Source of the DNA: a virus
Reading direction: 5' to 3' (one strand)
Virus record (IMG/VR): IMGVR_UViG_3300027970_002011
Span: 15,585 to 79,584 of that record
Length of the DNA: 64,000 nucleotides
In this document: positions 1 through 12,300 of the stretch, one piece after another
Layout: each line of letters opens with the position of its first letter
Numbering within the stretch: position 1 is the first letter of the stretch
Made by a program: the position numbers and the translations under genes
Notes under the pieces: model-generated
The model's input: the letters and a program-made list of their open reading frames with translations, nothing else
What the model was told of the DNA's origin: nothing
Databases searched by the model: none

Positions 1-758
1 TGCTCAAACTCATAGATGGCATTATTTTCCAATTGGGATATTTTATTTTCAAATACCCCACGTAATTCTCTTGGCGATTTTTCCATTAATTGTTGTAAAT
101 TAACAATCTCACCCCTAACTTTTTCAATCTGATAATTCAAATACTTTATTTCATTATCTTGAACATATGAAGTTTCTCTTTGTGACTTGTCCAACCAACT
201 TTCAGGGTCTTGGTAAATCAAGTCATTATACATGTCCTCAGCATATCTTTGAACACTATCATCATCAATATAATTTTCAAGAAAATTGTTTGAGAAAAAA
301 TTTATACCTTCACTCTCAATCATTTCTTTTGCGTATTCCTCAGCAGACCACTTCACTTCTTTTTCATTACCTATAGCATATTGGCTATTATCCCATGAAG
401 TTTCAAAAATTTCCATATTACTATAGAATTCTTCATTTTTTGGGATGATATCATACACATCATAATAATCATTAAACTCAGATAACTCTTCATCAATTTG
501 TTCTAACTGTTGTTGTAAACTAGTCTTTAACCCTTGGGTGTCATTTTGCATTTCATCTTCAATTTGACTTTTTCTTAACTCAAGTTGTCTTTTTCTTTCT
601 TTACCTTGTTCATCCAACGCATTTATCTCATTACTATAGACCAAATGGTCAAATAAAGCGTGCGCCATTAACCCTTCTTTAGGACAATCAGGTCCCAATT
701 TCCAAAGGTCCTTGTCTCTTCTTAATTCCGCACTGATATTATTTACTTCTGAACTCAT
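1..758 (-). CDS. Acidic hypothetical protein, truncated at left edge
   Basis: Not in ORF track; ATG at 758, open to the edge (MSSEVNNISAELRRDKDLWKLGPDCPKEGLMAHALFDHL...); TATTTAT motif just upstream. Confidence 0.8.
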   Translation of the reverse strand, partial: MSSEVNNISAELRRDKDLWKLGPDCPKEGLMAHALFDHLVYSNEINALDEQGKERKRQLELRKSQIEDEMQNDTQGLKTSLQQQLEQIDEELSEFNDYYDVYDIIPKNEEFYSNMEIFETSWDNSQYAIGNEKEVKWSAEEYAKEMIESEGINFFSNNFLENYIDDDSVQRYAEDMYNDLIYQDPESWLDKSQRETSYVQDNEIKYLNYQIEKVRGEIVNLQQLMEKSPRELRGVFENKISQLENNAIYEFE

Positions 759-824
759 TACAATTGATAAATATTCGGAGATGTCTATATTTATAGTCAA
801 TAAACCTTTAATTTAGATAAACTC

Positions 825-1412
825 GTGAATTGTGGTATCTATAAAATAACTAATGTAGTAACCAATAAAGTTTATATTGGTAGTAGTTTGAATTTATCTA
901 AAAGGGAGTACAAACATTTTTGGATGTTGGATAAAGGTTTACATGATAATTCTTACATTCAAAAGTCATATACTAAACACGGTAAAGATAGTTTTAAATT
1001 TGAAGTTATTGAGTATTGTGAGTCTTTTAAATTGATTGATAAAGAAAATTATTATATTAATTATTATAATTCAAACGATAGTCGTTTTGGTTACAATTTA
1101 GCTATCGTAAATGAGTTTAGACGAAATACCTACAATGATGAAGTTAAAATTAAATTATCAAAATATAATTTAGAAAAAAACGGAAATTTTGATAAATATT
1201 CATTAACAAATATTGAAACTAACGAGTCATTTATTTTTGAATCATTAGTTGATGGCGCAAACTATTTAATAATGAATGGATTTACCAATGGTAGTCCAAG
1301 AAATGTTAGAATGAAAATCTCAAACTCATTAAGAGAGAAAAAAGTTAATAATGGTTACAACGGTTCCATAAGAAAAACTTGTTATAAACATAAATTCAAA
1401 ATAATAAACTAA
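825..1412 (+). CDS. GIY-YIG endonuclease (free-standing, homing-type)
   Basis: CGIYKITNVVTNKVYIGSS motif, later E and GYN; GTG start. Confidence 0.85.
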   Translation: MNCGIYKITNVVTNKVYIGSSLNLSKREYKHFWMLDKGLHDNSYIQKSYTKHGKDSFKFEVIEYCESFKLIDKENYYINYYNSNDSRFGYNLAIVNEFRRNTYNDEVKIKLSKYNLEKNGNFDKYSLTNIETNESFIFESLVDGANYLIMNGFTNGSPRNVRMKISNSLREKKVNNGYNGSIRKTCYKHKFKIIN

Positions 1413-1430
1413 ATTTAAAACTAACAAATT

Positions 1431-1577
1431 ATGGGTGGATGCGGCTGTAAAAACAAAAACAACACTAACACAAATCAGATTCAAGCGCCAGTGGTTAAAC
1501 CCCAGGCTCAACCTGTTAATGAAAACATCAAAGATGCCATTAAAAGAACAGTAGAAAAGTATTACGTAAAGAAATAA
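1431..1577 (+). CDS. 48-aa small protein with N-terminal GCGC
   Basis: Below track cutoff: MGGCGCKNKNNTNTNQIQAPVVKPQAQPVNENIKDAIKRTVEKYYVKK*, followed by a terminator. Confidence 0.75.
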   Translation: MGGCGCKNKNNTNTNQIQAPVVKPQAQPVNENIKDAIKRTVEKYYVKK

Positions 1578-1601
1578 ACTAATCTGAGATGTTTTTTAGT
1601 G

Positions 1602-1628
1602 AAGGGTAGAGAAATCTACCCTTTTTTT
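1602..1628 (+). terminator. Intrinsic terminator
   Basis: AAGGGTAGA-GAAA-TCTACCCTT then T run. Confidence 0.85.
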
Positions 1629-1642
1629 ATATTTATGAAAAT

Positions 1643-2632
1643 ATGGCGTTTATTGACTTAGTAATTCAAGATTTTAATGAAGGTGATTATGACCTTTTAG
1701 AAACCGCATTTAATGGGGATGTCAACACATTTTTTAATTATGTTAATAAAAAAGGTAAATTTGAAGAGATAATTGCCGATGATTATAATCATAACGATTA
1801 TGAAAACGATTACATTCTGTGGGTTTCTAATAACAAACCAGAAATTTTCCGTAAACTTATTGAAGATAAATTATCCGATGTAACATACATTGATGGTAAA
1901 TGGTATTTTATAACATCTGATAGAGGGGATTTATCCAAACTTTATTGTGATGATAGAGATATTGGTCGTAACACAATAGAATCTATATTGTCAGGTGAAT
2001 ATGATAGTTCTGATTATTGGGATTCAGGAATAGATGTCTATGACAACGTAATTGATGATTTAAACGACCAAAACAAACAAACTTTAATTGAAAGATTATT
2101 AGAGGAATTGAAAGATGAAGAAATCTTACCATCAACAGATTTACTAAAAGAAATTGCATCGTCTCAAGGTCATGATGAGTATGTATCTTTAGACACTGAA
2201 ACATTAAGTAGAATAATCAATGATAAAAAATCTATTAAAGAAATCTTACCCGATGATTTAGAAAGTGAGTTGGTGAGTTTATACTGGAGTGCCTATAATG
2301 TGGCATATGAAGATGAACTCTACGAATCTATTTGGAGTGAACTTGATTCTATATTTGAAGGTAATGGTGAATGGACTCAAACACCTTCCCCTTATGATAA
2401 AAATAAATTTACCCAAAAATTTCAAATACCTTTTATAGATTTAGAGTCAATTGTAAAAGATTATCTTGAAGATAATCTTAGATATAAAGATAGAACCTTG
2501 GAGTATTGGGGTAATATTATTAATATAATTGATGATACACATGAGTGTTTAAGAGTTAGAGTACCTGAATATGCAGATTGGACTGAAACCAAACAAAATA
2601 TCAATTCTCTTTACAACGATTACATTTCTTAA
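1643..2632 (+). CDS. Highly acidic hypothetical protein
   Basis: 329-aa ORF, TATTTAT at 1630-1636. Confidence 0.8.
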   Translation: MAFIDLVIQDFNEGDYDLLETAFNGDVNTFFNYVNKKGKFEEIIADDYNHNDYENDYILWVSNNKPEIFRKLIEDKLSDVTYIDGKWYFITSDRGDLSKLYCDDRDIGRNTIESILSGEYDSSDYWDSGIDVYDNVIDDLNDQNKQTLIERLLEELKDEEILPSTDLLKEIASSQGHDEYVSLDTETLSRIINDKKSIKEILPDDLESELVSLYWSAYNVAYEDELYESIWSELDSIFEGNGEWTQTPSPYDKNKFTQKFQIPFIDLESIVKDYLEDNLRYKDRTLEYWGNIINIIDDTHECLRVRVPEYADWTETKQNINSLYNDYIS

Positions 2633-5600
2633 AGTAATCTTTTTTCTTTCGCCTTTACTACAAGTTTTTGAGCTCTGTCTTCAATTGAATTGATAATGAC
2701 TTCTTGCTCTTTCAAAGCCTCAATACACACGGCAATCATCTCTTTGTACTTCATGGTGTAGTTGGTCTCTTCACTACCGAATACAAGTTCAGGGAAATAT
2801 GGTAAAACTTCTTGAGCAATGAAACCAATGTTTTTGTGTCCAAGTTTTTCTTTATCATCCCAATTATAATAGAATTCAACACCACGAATTTTAATTAAAC
2901 TTTCAAGTGCAGATTCAATAGGTTCGATATTTGTCTTTAATCTAATATCAGATGGTCCTTTAGGTCCTGTAGCACCTTGAGCACCTTGTGGTCCTGCAGA
3001 ACCTGTAGCCCCTGTAGCACCTTGAGCGCCAAAACCACTGCCCGCCTTTCCTTGAGCCCCTGTAGCACCTTGAGCGCCTCCAGCACCAGGTCCTTGAGAA
3101 CCTTGAGCACCTTGTGAACCTGTAGTCGGATTTGGAGCACCTTGAGCTCCTTGAGCACCAGCTCCTTCAGAAGGGAAACCTTGAGCACCTTGCGAACCAA
3201 CAGCACCTTGAGCTCCTTGTCCTCCTTGTGGTCCTTGAGCACCTTGTGGTCCTTGTGAACCTTGGCCACCCGCAGCACCTGTTGAGCCACCTCCACCCTG
3301 AGAACCTTGTCCCCCTTGTGTACCCTGAGCACCTTGTCCTCCTTGTGAACCTGTGGCACCTCCACCACCAGTACCACCTTGCGAACCTTGTCCTCCTTGT
3401 GAACCTTGTGAACCTTGAGCACCTGTGGAACCACCACCACCCTGAGAACCTTGTCCTCCCTGAGAACCTTGCGAACCTGTGGCACCTTTACCTCCACCGC
3501 CACCTTGTGAACCTTGTCCTCCTTGAGAACCTTGTGAACCTGTGGCACCTCCACCACCAGTACCACCTTGTGCACCTTGACCTCCTGTCGGACCTGTGGC
3601 ACCTTTACCTCCTTGAGAACCTTGTCCTCCCTGAGAACCTTGTCCTCCTGTCGGACCTGTGGCACCTTTACCTCCTTGTGAACCTTGTCCTCCTTGTGAA
3701 CCCTGACCTCCTGTAGACCCTTGAGAACCTTGAGCTCCTTGACCTCCTTGAGAACCTTGAGCTCCTTTACCACCTTGAGAACCTTGTGAACCTGTGGCAC
3801 CTCCACCACCAGTACCACCTTGCGAACCTTGTCCTCCTTGTGAACCTTGTGAACCTTGAGCACCTGTGGAACCACCACCACCCTGAGAACCTTGTCCTCC
3901 TTGTGAACCTTGTGCCCCCGCACCACCTTGTGAACCTTGTCCTCCTTGAGCTCCTTGACCTCCTTGAGAACCCTGAGCACCTTGTCCTCCTTGAGTACCT
4001 TGTGAACCTTGAGCACCCTGGCTACCAACAGCACCTAACGAACCTTGAGCACCCTGACCACCCTGAGCACCTTGGAAACCTTGTCCTCCTTGAGCCCCTT
4101 GATTACCAGTAGCTCCTTGCGAACCGACAGCTCCTTGAGAACCTTGTCCTCCTTGTGAGCCTTGTGAACCAACCGCTCCTTGCGAACCTTGTCCTCCTTG
4201 AGTACCTTGTCCTCCCTGAGCACCTTGTCCTCCCTGAGCACCTTGTCCTCCTTGAGTACCCTGAGCGCCTTGCCCTCCTTGTGAACCTGTAGCTCCTTGA
4301 GCACCTTGTCCTCCTTGGGTACCCTGAGCACCTTGTCCTCCTTGTGAACCTTGTGAACCTGTGTTACCTTGGGAACCTTGAGCTCCCTGTACTCCTTGAC
4401 CTCCTTGAGCCCCTTGAGCACCCTGAGCACCCTGTCCTCCTTGTGAACCTTGAACTCCTTGACCCCCTTGAGCTCCTTGTGAACCTGTATTACCTTGAGT
4501 ACCTTGAGTTCCTTGTGCACCTTGTCCTCCTTGAGAACCTGTTGCTCCTTGAGCACCTTGTCCTCCCTGAGTTCCCTGAACACCTTGACCACCTTGAGCT
4601 CCTTGTGAACCTGTATTACCTTGAGTACCCTGTCCTCCTTGAGCTCCCTGTCCTCCTTGAGCCCCAACTGCTCCTTGGGAACCTTGACCTCCTTGTGAAC
4701 CTTGAGCACCTTGACCTCCTTGAGCCCCAACTGAACCGGGACTACCTTGTGAACCTTGTCCTCCTTGAGTACCCTGTCCTCCTTGAGCTCCAACCGCTCC
4801 TTGGGAACCTTGTACTCCTTGCGAACCTTGAGCACCTTTTCCTCCCTGAGAACCTTGAGCACCAACGGCACCTTGCGAACCAACGGCACCTTGCGAACCT
4901 TGCCCCCCTTGAGCACCTTGATTACCTGTTGCTCCTTGTGAACCAACGGCACCTTGAGAACCTTGTCCCCCTTGAGCACCTTGATTACCTGTCGCTCCTT
5001 GTGAACCAACGGCACCTTGCGAACCTTGTCCTCCTTGAGAACCTTGTGAACCTGTATTACCTTGAGCACCAATAGGACCTTGAACACCCTGAGCACCTTT
5101 AGCACCTTGAGGACCTACATTACCTTGACTTCCTTGTCCTCCTTGAAAACCTTGACCTCCTTGAGTACCTTGAGAACCTACAGGTCCAACAGCACCCTGT
5201 GAACCTTGAACACCATCAGCGCCTACCGCACCTTGAGCACCTGTATTACCCTGAGAACCTTGTCCTCCTTGAGAACCTTGTCCTCCTTGAGAACCTTGTG
5301 AACCTGTATTACCCTGAGAACCTTGAACACCCTGAGCTCCTTGTCCTCCTTGAGAACCCTGTCCTCCCTGAGTACCTTGAGCTCCTTGTCCTCCTTGAGA
5401 ACCCTGTCCTCCCTGAGCACCTTGTGAACCTACACCACCAACAGCACCTTGTGAACCTTGAGTCCCTTGAGAACCCTGCCCTCCCTGAGTACCTTGTGAA
5501 CCTTGAGGTCCTTTTCCACCTTGGGCACCTTGTCCTCCTTGAGAACCAACATTACCTGTTGCACCTTGTGAACCAACCGAACCTTGTGGACCTGTAGACC

Positions 5601-5925
5601 CAAAATCACCTTGTTTTCCTTGACCTCCTTGAGTTCCCTGAGCACCCGCAGCACCCTGAGCACCTGTTGGTCCGGTATTTGTTGTGCCAGCCCAAAGAGC
5701 ATTATTAACTACAGTACCTGCAGTTGTTGCAATAGTACTAAAAACATAAAGATTGTTAAAAAATAACCTAAATTTAGGTGAGGTATTAATAACTTTAAAA
5801 TAAACAGTAGTACTAACTTTCCAATCAAGTACAGCACTGGAGTAAACCCAAGTTGCCTTAGTATTATTTGTATCATACAACTCAACAGTTGCACTACCTG
5901 GTAATATAACGATATCCTTAGCCAC
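2629..5925 (-). CDS. Collagen-like (Gly-X-Y) fibre protein with C-terminal peptidase S74 intramolecular chaperone (chain C)
   Basis: ~907 aa of GXQ triplets then SDIRLKTNI...GFIAQEV...PELV; GTG start. Confidence 0.9.
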   Translation of the reverse strand: MAKDIVILPGSATVELYDTNNTKATWVYSSAVLDWKVSTTVYFKVINTSPKFRLFFNNLYVFSTIATTAGTVVNNALWAGTTNTGPTGAQGAAGAQGTQGGQGKQGDFGSTGPQGSVGSQGATGNVGSQGGQGAQGGKGPQGSQGTQGGQGSQGTQGSQGAVGGVGSQGAQGGQGSQGGQGAQGTQGGQGSQGGQGAQGVQGSQGNTGSQGSQGGQGSQGGQGSQGNTGAQGAVGADGVQGSQGAVGPVGSQGTQGGQGFQGGQGSQGNVGPQGAKGAQGVQGPIGAQGNTGSQGSQGGQGSQGAVGSQGATGNQGAQGGQGSQGAVGSQGATGNQGAQGGQGSQGAVGSQGAVGAQGSQGGKGAQGSQGVQGSQGAVGAQGGQGTQGGQGSQGSPGSVGAQGGQGAQGSQGGQGSQGAVGAQGGQGAQGGQGTQGNTGSQGAQGGQGVQGTQGGQGAQGATGSQGGQGAQGTQGTQGNTGSQGAQGGQGVQGSQGGQGAQGAQGAQGGQGVQGAQGSQGNTGSQGSQGGQGAQGTQGGQGAQGATGSQGGQGAQGTQGGQGAQGGQGAQGGQGTQGGQGSQGAVGSQGSQGGQGSQGAVGSQGATGNQGAQGGQGFQGAQGGQGAQGSLGAVGSQGAQGSQGTQGGQGAQGSQGGQGAQGGQGSQGGAGAQGSQGGQGSQGGGGSTGAQGSQGSQGGQGSQGGTGGGGATGSQGSQGGKGAQGSQGGQGAQGSQGSTGGQGSQGGQGSQGGKGATGPTGGQGSQGGQGSQGGKGATGPTGGQGAQGGTGGGGATGSQGSQGGQGSQGGGGGKGATGSQGSQGGQGSQGGGGSTGAQGSQGSQGGQGSQGGTGGGGATGSQGGQGAQGTQGGQGSQGGGGSTGAAGGQGSQGPQGAQGPQGGQGAQGAVGSQGAQGFPSEGAGAQGAQGAPNPTTGSQGAQGSQGPGAGGAQGATGAQGKAGSGFGAQGATGATGSAGPQGAQGATGPKGPSDIRLKTNIEPIESALESLIKIRGVEFYYNWDDKEKLGHKNIGFIAQEVLPYFPELVFGSEETNYTMKYKEMIAVCIEALKEQEVIINSIEDRAQKLVVKAKEKRLL

Positions 5926-8900
5926 CTATTTTTATACTTAAATCTTTAAGAAAATTATTCAATACTTCAACTCTTTTTTGGTTTTCAATTAATGCCGATA
6001 TGCCAACCGAAACCAATAGCTCATATTGTAAATTCTTATAACCATATTTATCTGTCCAAACTAAATCTGGATATTTTTCTTCAATTTCTTGAGCAATAAA
6101 TCCAAGGTTTACACCTGTAATTAGGTATTTGTGTTCTGGTAAATAATCTGACAATTGAGGAATGTCCTCAACCCAATCAAATTTAACACCTCTCATGCTA
6201 ACAATGTTTTGTCTAACGTCTGTAAGAGGTTTAATGTTTGTTTTATATCTGGCATCTGATGGTGGTCCTTGAGCACCTTTAGCACCTTGAGTACCCTGTG
6301 GTCCTTTACCACCTTGAGCACCTGTACCTCCTTGCGGTCCTCTTTGGCCTTGAGAACCCTCGGCTCCTTGAGCTCCGTTACCACTCGGTCCTTTTGTACC
6401 AGTGGCACCTTGAGAACCTTGTGCACCTGCCGGCCCTTTTGGACCTTGAGCACCTTGAGCACCTGGTGTTGGAGGACCTGTGGCACCAAGAACACCTGTA
6501 GTTCCTTGAGCCCCTTGGTTTCCTGCAACTCCTGTATTTCCCGCGGCTCCTTGAGCACCTTGTGTGGATGACGCAGCACCTTGAGTTCCTTGGGCTCCTT
6601 GAGCCCCTTGTACCGAACTTTGAGCACCTTGGGCTCCTTGAGTTGTGCTATTAGCTCCCTGAGCTCCTGTATTACCTTGAGCACCTGTTGCACCTTGAGT
6701 AGAACCTTGAGCACCTTGAGCTCCTGTTGAACCTCCACCACCTTGTGAACCTTGAGCACCGGTGACACTACTTTGAGCACCTTGAGCTCCTTGACCTCCT
6801 TGAGAACCTTGACCTCCTTGTGCACCTTGTACAGAACTTTGAGCTCCTTGAGCACCTTGTCCTCCTTGGGAACCTTGACCTCCTTGTGCACCTGTACTAG
6901 CACCTTGAGCCCCTTGTGAACCCTGAGCCCCTTGGGCACCTGTGTTACCTTGTGCACCGGTACTAGCACCTTGAGCTCCTTGTGAACCTTGTGCACCTTG
7001 GGCACCTGTATTACCTTGAGCACCGGTACTAGCTCCTTGAGCACCTTGGGCTCCTTGAGCACCTTGTTTACCCGTAGCTCCTTGGTCACCTTGGACCGAA
7101 CTTTGAGCACCTTGAGCTCCTTGTCCACCCTGAGCCCCTTGTCCACCCTGAGCCCCTGTATTAGCTCCTTGGGCACCTTGAGCACCTGTTGAACCACCAC
7201 CACCTTGTGAACCCTGAGCACCCGTGACACTACTTTGAGCACCAGTATTTCCTTGTGAACCCTGAGCACCTGTTTTTCCTTGAGCACCCGTAACTCCACC
7301 TTGAGCACCTTGTGCTCCTTGAGCACCTTGTTTACCAACAGCACCTTGAGCACCTGTAATTGCTCCTTGAGGACCCTGAGTACCTTGAGCCCCTGTATTA
7401 CCTGTCGCTCCTTGAGCACCTGTATTACCACCTTGAGCACCTGTGCTACCTTGAGTACCTTGAGCTCCTTGAGCCCCTTGGGCTCCCGTATTAGCACCTT
7501 GAGCACCTTGTGCCCCTTGACCACCTTGAGCACCTGTCGCTCCTTGAGCTCCCGTAGTTCCACCTTGAGCACCTGTACTACCTTGAGCACCTGTATTACC
7601 CGTCGCACCTTGTGCTCCCGTGGTTCCACCTTGAGCTCCTTGAGCCCCTTGAGCACCTGTATTACCTGTTGCACCTTGAGCACCTGTGACTCCACCTTGA
7701 GCCCCTTGAGCACCTTGTCCTCCTTGAGCACCTGTAACTCCCGTAGCTCCTGCGGTTCCTCCTTGAGCACCTATATTACCTTGGGCACCGGTATTACCTG
7801 TAGCACCTTGTGCACCCTGTACAGAACTTTGAGCACCTTGAGCACCTTGAGCTCCTTGAGCTCCTGTATTACCTTGGGCACCTTGAGAAGCACCTTGAGC
7901 TCCTTGAGCACCTTGAGCACCTGTATTACCCGTAGCTCCTTGAGCACCCTGAACAGAACTTTGAGCACCTTGAGCTCCTTGAGCACCTTGAGCACCTGTT
8001 TTTCCTTGAGCTCCCGTAACACCACCTTGAGCACCTTGAGCTCCTTGAGCACCTTGTTTTCCGACGGCTCCTTGAGCACCTGTATTAGCACCTTGAGCTC
8101 CTTGAAATCCTTGAGCTCCTTGTGCACCCGTACTACCTTGAGCACCTGTAACACCACCTTGAGCACCTTGAGCACCTTGAGCACCTTGTTTGCCTGTAGC
8201 TCCTTGGTCACCTTGAACCGAACTTTGAGCACCCACAGAACCTTGAGTACCTTGGGCACCCTGAGCACCTTGTGCACCTGTGTTAGCACCTTGTGCTCCT
8301 TGAGAACCTGTTGGTCCCTGAGCACCTTGAGCACCTTGTGCACCTGTGTTAGCACCCTGAGCACCTTGAGCACCTTTAGGTCCTTGAGCTCCTTGTCCAC
8401 CTTGAGCACCCGTACTAGCACCTTGTGCTCCTTGAGCCCCTTGTCCACCTTGAGCTCCTTGTCCACCTTGAGCACCAGGAGTATCATCCGTACCACCCTG
8501 AGTACCTTGTGCTCCTTGAGCACCTTGGGCACCTTGAGCTCCTGTGTTTGCACCTTGAGCACCTTGAGCACCTATCGGTCCTTGAGAACCTTGTGCACCT
8601 GTTGGTCCGATTACATTACTTGCAGTTCCCTGACTACCTTGTGCTCCTTGAGCACCTGTGTTACCTTGAGCACCCGTGCTAGCACCTTGAGCTCCTTGAG
8701 CTCCTTGAGTACCTTGAGCACCTGTATTACCTTGAGCTCCTTGAGTGGTACTATTAGCACCTTGAGTTCCTTGAGCACCTTGTGCACCCGTTTTTCCTTG
8801 GGCACCTTGGACTGAACTTTGAGCACCTTGAGTTCCTTGAGCACCTTGAGCACCTTGAGCTCCTGTATTACCTTGAGCTCCTGTGTTCGCACCCTGAGCA

Positions 8901-9391
8901 CCCTGAGCACCTTGTGTACCCTGAACTCCTTGAGCCCCTGTGTTAGCCCCTTGGGCACCCTGTCCACCTTGCGTACCTTGGGCTCCCTGTCCACCTTGTG
9001 TACCTTGAGCCCCTTGAGGACCTTGACCTCCTTGAGCCCCTTGAGCACCCGTTGGTCCTTGAGTACCTTGAGCTCCTTGAGCTCCTTTAATATTGGCTTG
9101 TGAACCTATCCATTCTCCAAGATAGTTAATAATCTGAACATACGATGAACTACCATCCCACGCATAAATACCTTCACCATTACTTATGTCATTAACAGAA
9201 AAACCATTAGAAGTGACTGCTTGAGTACCAATACTACCTACAGAAGAATCCGTGGATGATGAGAATGTTAAATCACCATTAGCATTAACTTTTTGAACCA
9301 ACTGATTACCAGTGGCATCCTCATAAATAATAAAAGGTACTCCACCTGAAAAGGTGTTACCTGAAGGGTATATTATAATATCATTAGCCAT
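5918..9391 (-). CDS. Collagen-like fibre protein with periodic interruptions and S74 chaperone (chain B)
   Basis: ~942 aa repeat region then SDARYKTNI...GFIAQEI...PDLV. Confidence 0.9.
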   Translation of the reverse strand: MANDIIIYPSGNTFSGGVPFIIYEDATGNQLVQKVNANGDLTFSSSTDSSVGSIGTQAVTSNGFSVNDISNGEGIYAWDGSSSYVQIINYLGEWIGSQANIKGAQGAQGTQGPTGAQGAQGGQGPQGAQGTQGGQGAQGTQGGQGAQGANTGAQGVQGTQGAQGAQGANTGAQGNTGAQGAQGAQGTQGAQSSVQGAQGKTGAQGAQGTQGANSTTQGAQGNTGAQGTQGAQGAQGASTGAQGNTGAQGAQGSQGTASNVIGPTGAQGSQGPIGAQGAQGANTGAQGAQGAQGAQGTQGGTDDTPGAQGGQGAQGGQGAQGAQGASTGAQGGQGAQGPKGAQGAQGANTGAQGAQGAQGPTGSQGAQGANTGAQGAQGAQGTQGSVGAQSSVQGDQGATGKQGAQGAQGAQGGVTGAQGSTGAQGAQGFQGAQGANTGAQGAVGKQGAQGAQGAQGGVTGAQGKTGAQGAQGAQGAQSSVQGAQGATGNTGAQGAQGAQGASQGAQGNTGAQGAQGAQGAQSSVQGAQGATGNTGAQGNIGAQGGTAGATGVTGAQGGQGAQGAQGGVTGAQGATGNTGAQGAQGAQGGTTGAQGATGNTGAQGSTGAQGGTTGAQGATGAQGGQGAQGAQGANTGAQGAQGAQGTQGSTGAQGGNTGAQGATGNTGAQGTQGPQGAITGAQGAVGKQGAQGAQGAQGGVTGAQGKTGAQGSQGNTGAQSSVTGAQGSQGGGGSTGAQGAQGANTGAQGGQGAQGGQGAQGAQSSVQGDQGATGKQGAQGAQGAQGASTGAQGNTGAQGAQGSQGAQGASTGAQGNTGAQGAQGSQGAQGASTGAQGGQGSQGGQGAQGAQSSVQGAQGGQGSQGGQGAQGAQSSVTGAQGSQGGGGSTGAQGAQGSTQGATGAQGNTGAQGANSTTQGAQGAQSSVQGAQGAQGTQGAASSTQGAQGAAGNTGVAGNQGAQGTTGVLGATGPPTPGAQGAQGPKGPAGAQGSQGATGTKGPSGNGAQGAEGSQGQRGPQGGTGAQGGKGPQGTQGAKGAQGPPSDARYKTNIKPLTDVRQNIVSMRGVKFDWVEDIPQLSDYLPEHKYLITGVNLGFIAQEIEEKYPDLVWTDKYGYKNLQYELLVSVGISALIENQKRVEVLNNFLKDLSIKIGG
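6695..8818 (-). repeat. 66-bp / 22-aa super-repeat, (GXY)6 + 4-residue break, 32 consecutive periods
   Basis: Breaks at 8807-8818 (SSVQ) and 6695-6706 (GSTQ) are 2112 bp = 32 x 66 apart, with one break per period in the translation. Confidence 0.85.
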
Positions 9392-12300
9392 TAGTAATTC
9401 TCAATATATTCCTCTAACATAGTTAATCTTTCATCAACAGATGCAATGTTATTTTGATGTTCTTTAATACCTTCAACTAAATATGCATTAAGTTGGGGAT
9501 AAAGGATATAATAAAATCCATTATCTCTCATTTTTACTACTTCAGGGATGTGTTCTCTAACTTGTTGAGCAACAAACCCTAAAGAGTGTGTTTTGTTATT
9601 TTCTAAATAATAATTGTATTCAGGAGTATCTTCGGTCCAATCAAATTCAACAGGTTGTAACATCATCAATTTTGTTAATGAACCCTCTAAAGTTATAACT
9701 TCGTTTTTAAGTCTTAAATCTGATGAGTCATCACAACACATTAATATACATTCAGGGTTCACTTGAGCCTCACCAAACGACATAAATGCACCTCCAAAGA
9801 AGGGGTCACAACTATTACAATCACCCCTATCATATACAGAATCATTAGACAAACATTGTGGGTTCATTGTAGATGAATAAACAGTATAAGAACCAACCTG
9901 ATTAGTTAAAGTACAATCCATATAAAGCTCATGCATACCCAAATTATAACATGTAGGTCCTGATGGTGGACCTGTATCACCTTGGGCACCTTGAGCACCT
10001 TGAGGACCTGTTATACCCGTTGCACCTTGAGCCCCTTGAAAACCTTGACCTCCTGTTTGTCCTTGAGCCCCTTGAGCTCCTTGAGCACCAGGAACACCCA
10101 CACCACCCTGAGTACCTTGAGCACCTGTAGGACCAGCAACTGCAACACCTTGAGCACCTTGTGAACCTTGTGATGGTAATCCCTCAGGACCTTGAGCACC
10201 TTGTCCTCCTGTTGCACCTTGAGCACCAGGACTAATTCCTGTACCTCCTTGTGCACCTTGTCCTCCTGTTGGTCCAAAACCTCCTTGAGCACCTGTCGCT
10301 CCTGTACTACCTTGAGGTCCAAGATTACCTGTATTACCTGTCGGTCCTTTACCACCTTGAGCACCTTGTGAACCTGTGGCACCTCCACCACCTGTAGGAC
10401 CAACCGCACCTACAGAACCTGTACCACCTTGAGAACCCTGAGCTCCTGTGGAACCTTGAGGTCCAAGATTACCCGTAGCACCAGTATTACCTTGGGCTCC
10501 GGTATTACCCGTATTACCTTGAGGTCCTATATTACCCGTAGCACCTGTATTACCTTGAGCACCTTGTGGTCCTGTTGCACCTTGCGAACCTGAGTGACCT
10601 GTAGCACCCTGAGCTCCTGTGGAACCTCCACCACCCGTAGCACCTTGTGCTCCTGAATGACCTGTAGCACCCTGAGCTCCTGTGGAACCTCCACCACCCG
10701 TAGCACCTTGTGCACCGGTATGTCCTTGAGCACCTACGTTACCTTGTGAACCTACAGGTCCTGTAGCACCTGTCGGACCTATATTACCTTGAGCACCAAC
10801 ATTACCTTGAGCACCCGTATTTCCTGTAGCACCTTGTGCACCTGTATTTCCTGTTGCACCGGCACCACCTTGAGAACCTTGAGCACCTGTAGAACCTTGT
10901 GGTCCAATCGCACCTGTATTACCTTGGGCACCCGTTGAACCTTGAGGTCCTGTTGCTCCTTGTGGTCCAACAGCCCCTTGAGCACCTTCATTACCAAATG
11001 CACCTGTTTGTCCTGTAGCTCCTTGTGGTCCTATTGGTCCTTGAGCACCCGTTGAACCTTGAGAACCTTGTGGACCCGTGGCTCCTTGAGGTCCAATAGA
11101 CCCTGTACCACCCTGAGCTCCTTGAGCACCCGTGTTTCCCGTTGCTCCTTGAGCTCCGGTATTACCTTGAGCACCTTGTGGTCCTTTAGCTCCTTGTGGT
11201 CCAATAGCACCTTGTGGTCCAATAGCACCTTGAGTACCCGTTGAACCTTGAGAACCTTGTGGTCCGACGGCACCTTGTGGTCCAACTTTACCTTGAGCAC
11301 CCGTTGAACCTTGAGCTCCTTGTGGTCCGACGGCACCTTGTGGTCCAACATTACCTTGAGCACCCGTTGAACCTTGAGCTCCTTGTGGACCTTTAGGTCC
11401 TTGTGGTCCAATTGACCCTTGGCTTCCTGTATTACCTTGAGAACCCGTAGGTCCTGTGTTTCCTGTCGGTCCAAGATTACCTTGAGCACCGGTGTTACCT
11501 TGAGCACCTTGTGGTCCTGTATTACCTTGTGCACCTGTATGACCTTGAGCTCCTGTTGAACCTTGAGAACCTGTTGGTCCTGTGTTCCCTGTGGGTCCAA
11601 GATTACCTTGAGCACCTATATTACCTTGAGCACCTTGTGGTCCTGTATTACCTTGAGGTCCTACCGCACCTTGAGCACCTTCATTACCAAATGCTCCCGT
11701 GGTACCTGTGGCTCCTTGAGCACCGGTATTACCTTGAGCACCTTGTGGTCCTTGAGCACCTTGTGGTCCCGTATTTCCTTGTGGTCCTAAAGCACCTTGA
11801 GCACCTGTCGAACCTTGGGAGCCGGTCGGTCCTGTAGCCCCTGTTGGTCCTACTGCACCTTGTGCTCCTATATTACCTTGTGCACCCGTGTTACCCGTGG
11901 CTCCTTGTGCTCCTGTATGTCCTATATTACCTTGAGCTCCTTGAGCACCGGTATTACCCGTAGCTCCTTGAGCACCTGTATGTCCCGTATTACCTTGAGC
12001 CCCTTGAGCACCTGTATTACCCGTAGCTCCTTGAGCACCTTTATTACCCTGAGCACCGGTATTGCCTTGAGCACCTGTATTACCCGTAGCACCCGGAGGA
12101 CCAATAGGTCCTTGAGCACCTGTATTACCTTGTGCACCTGCATTACCCGTAGAACCTTGAGCACCTGTATTGCCCGTAGAACCTTGTTTACCTTGAGCCC
12201 CTTGGTCTCCTTGAGCACCTTGGTTACCAATTTTACCTTGAGCTCCTATGGCTCCTTGAGCACCTGTGTTACCTATGGCTCCTTGAGCACCTGTGTTACC

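Noticed and set aside
167-376. 69-aa plus-strand ORF
   Set aside because: Antisense to the longer minus-strand ORF 1..758
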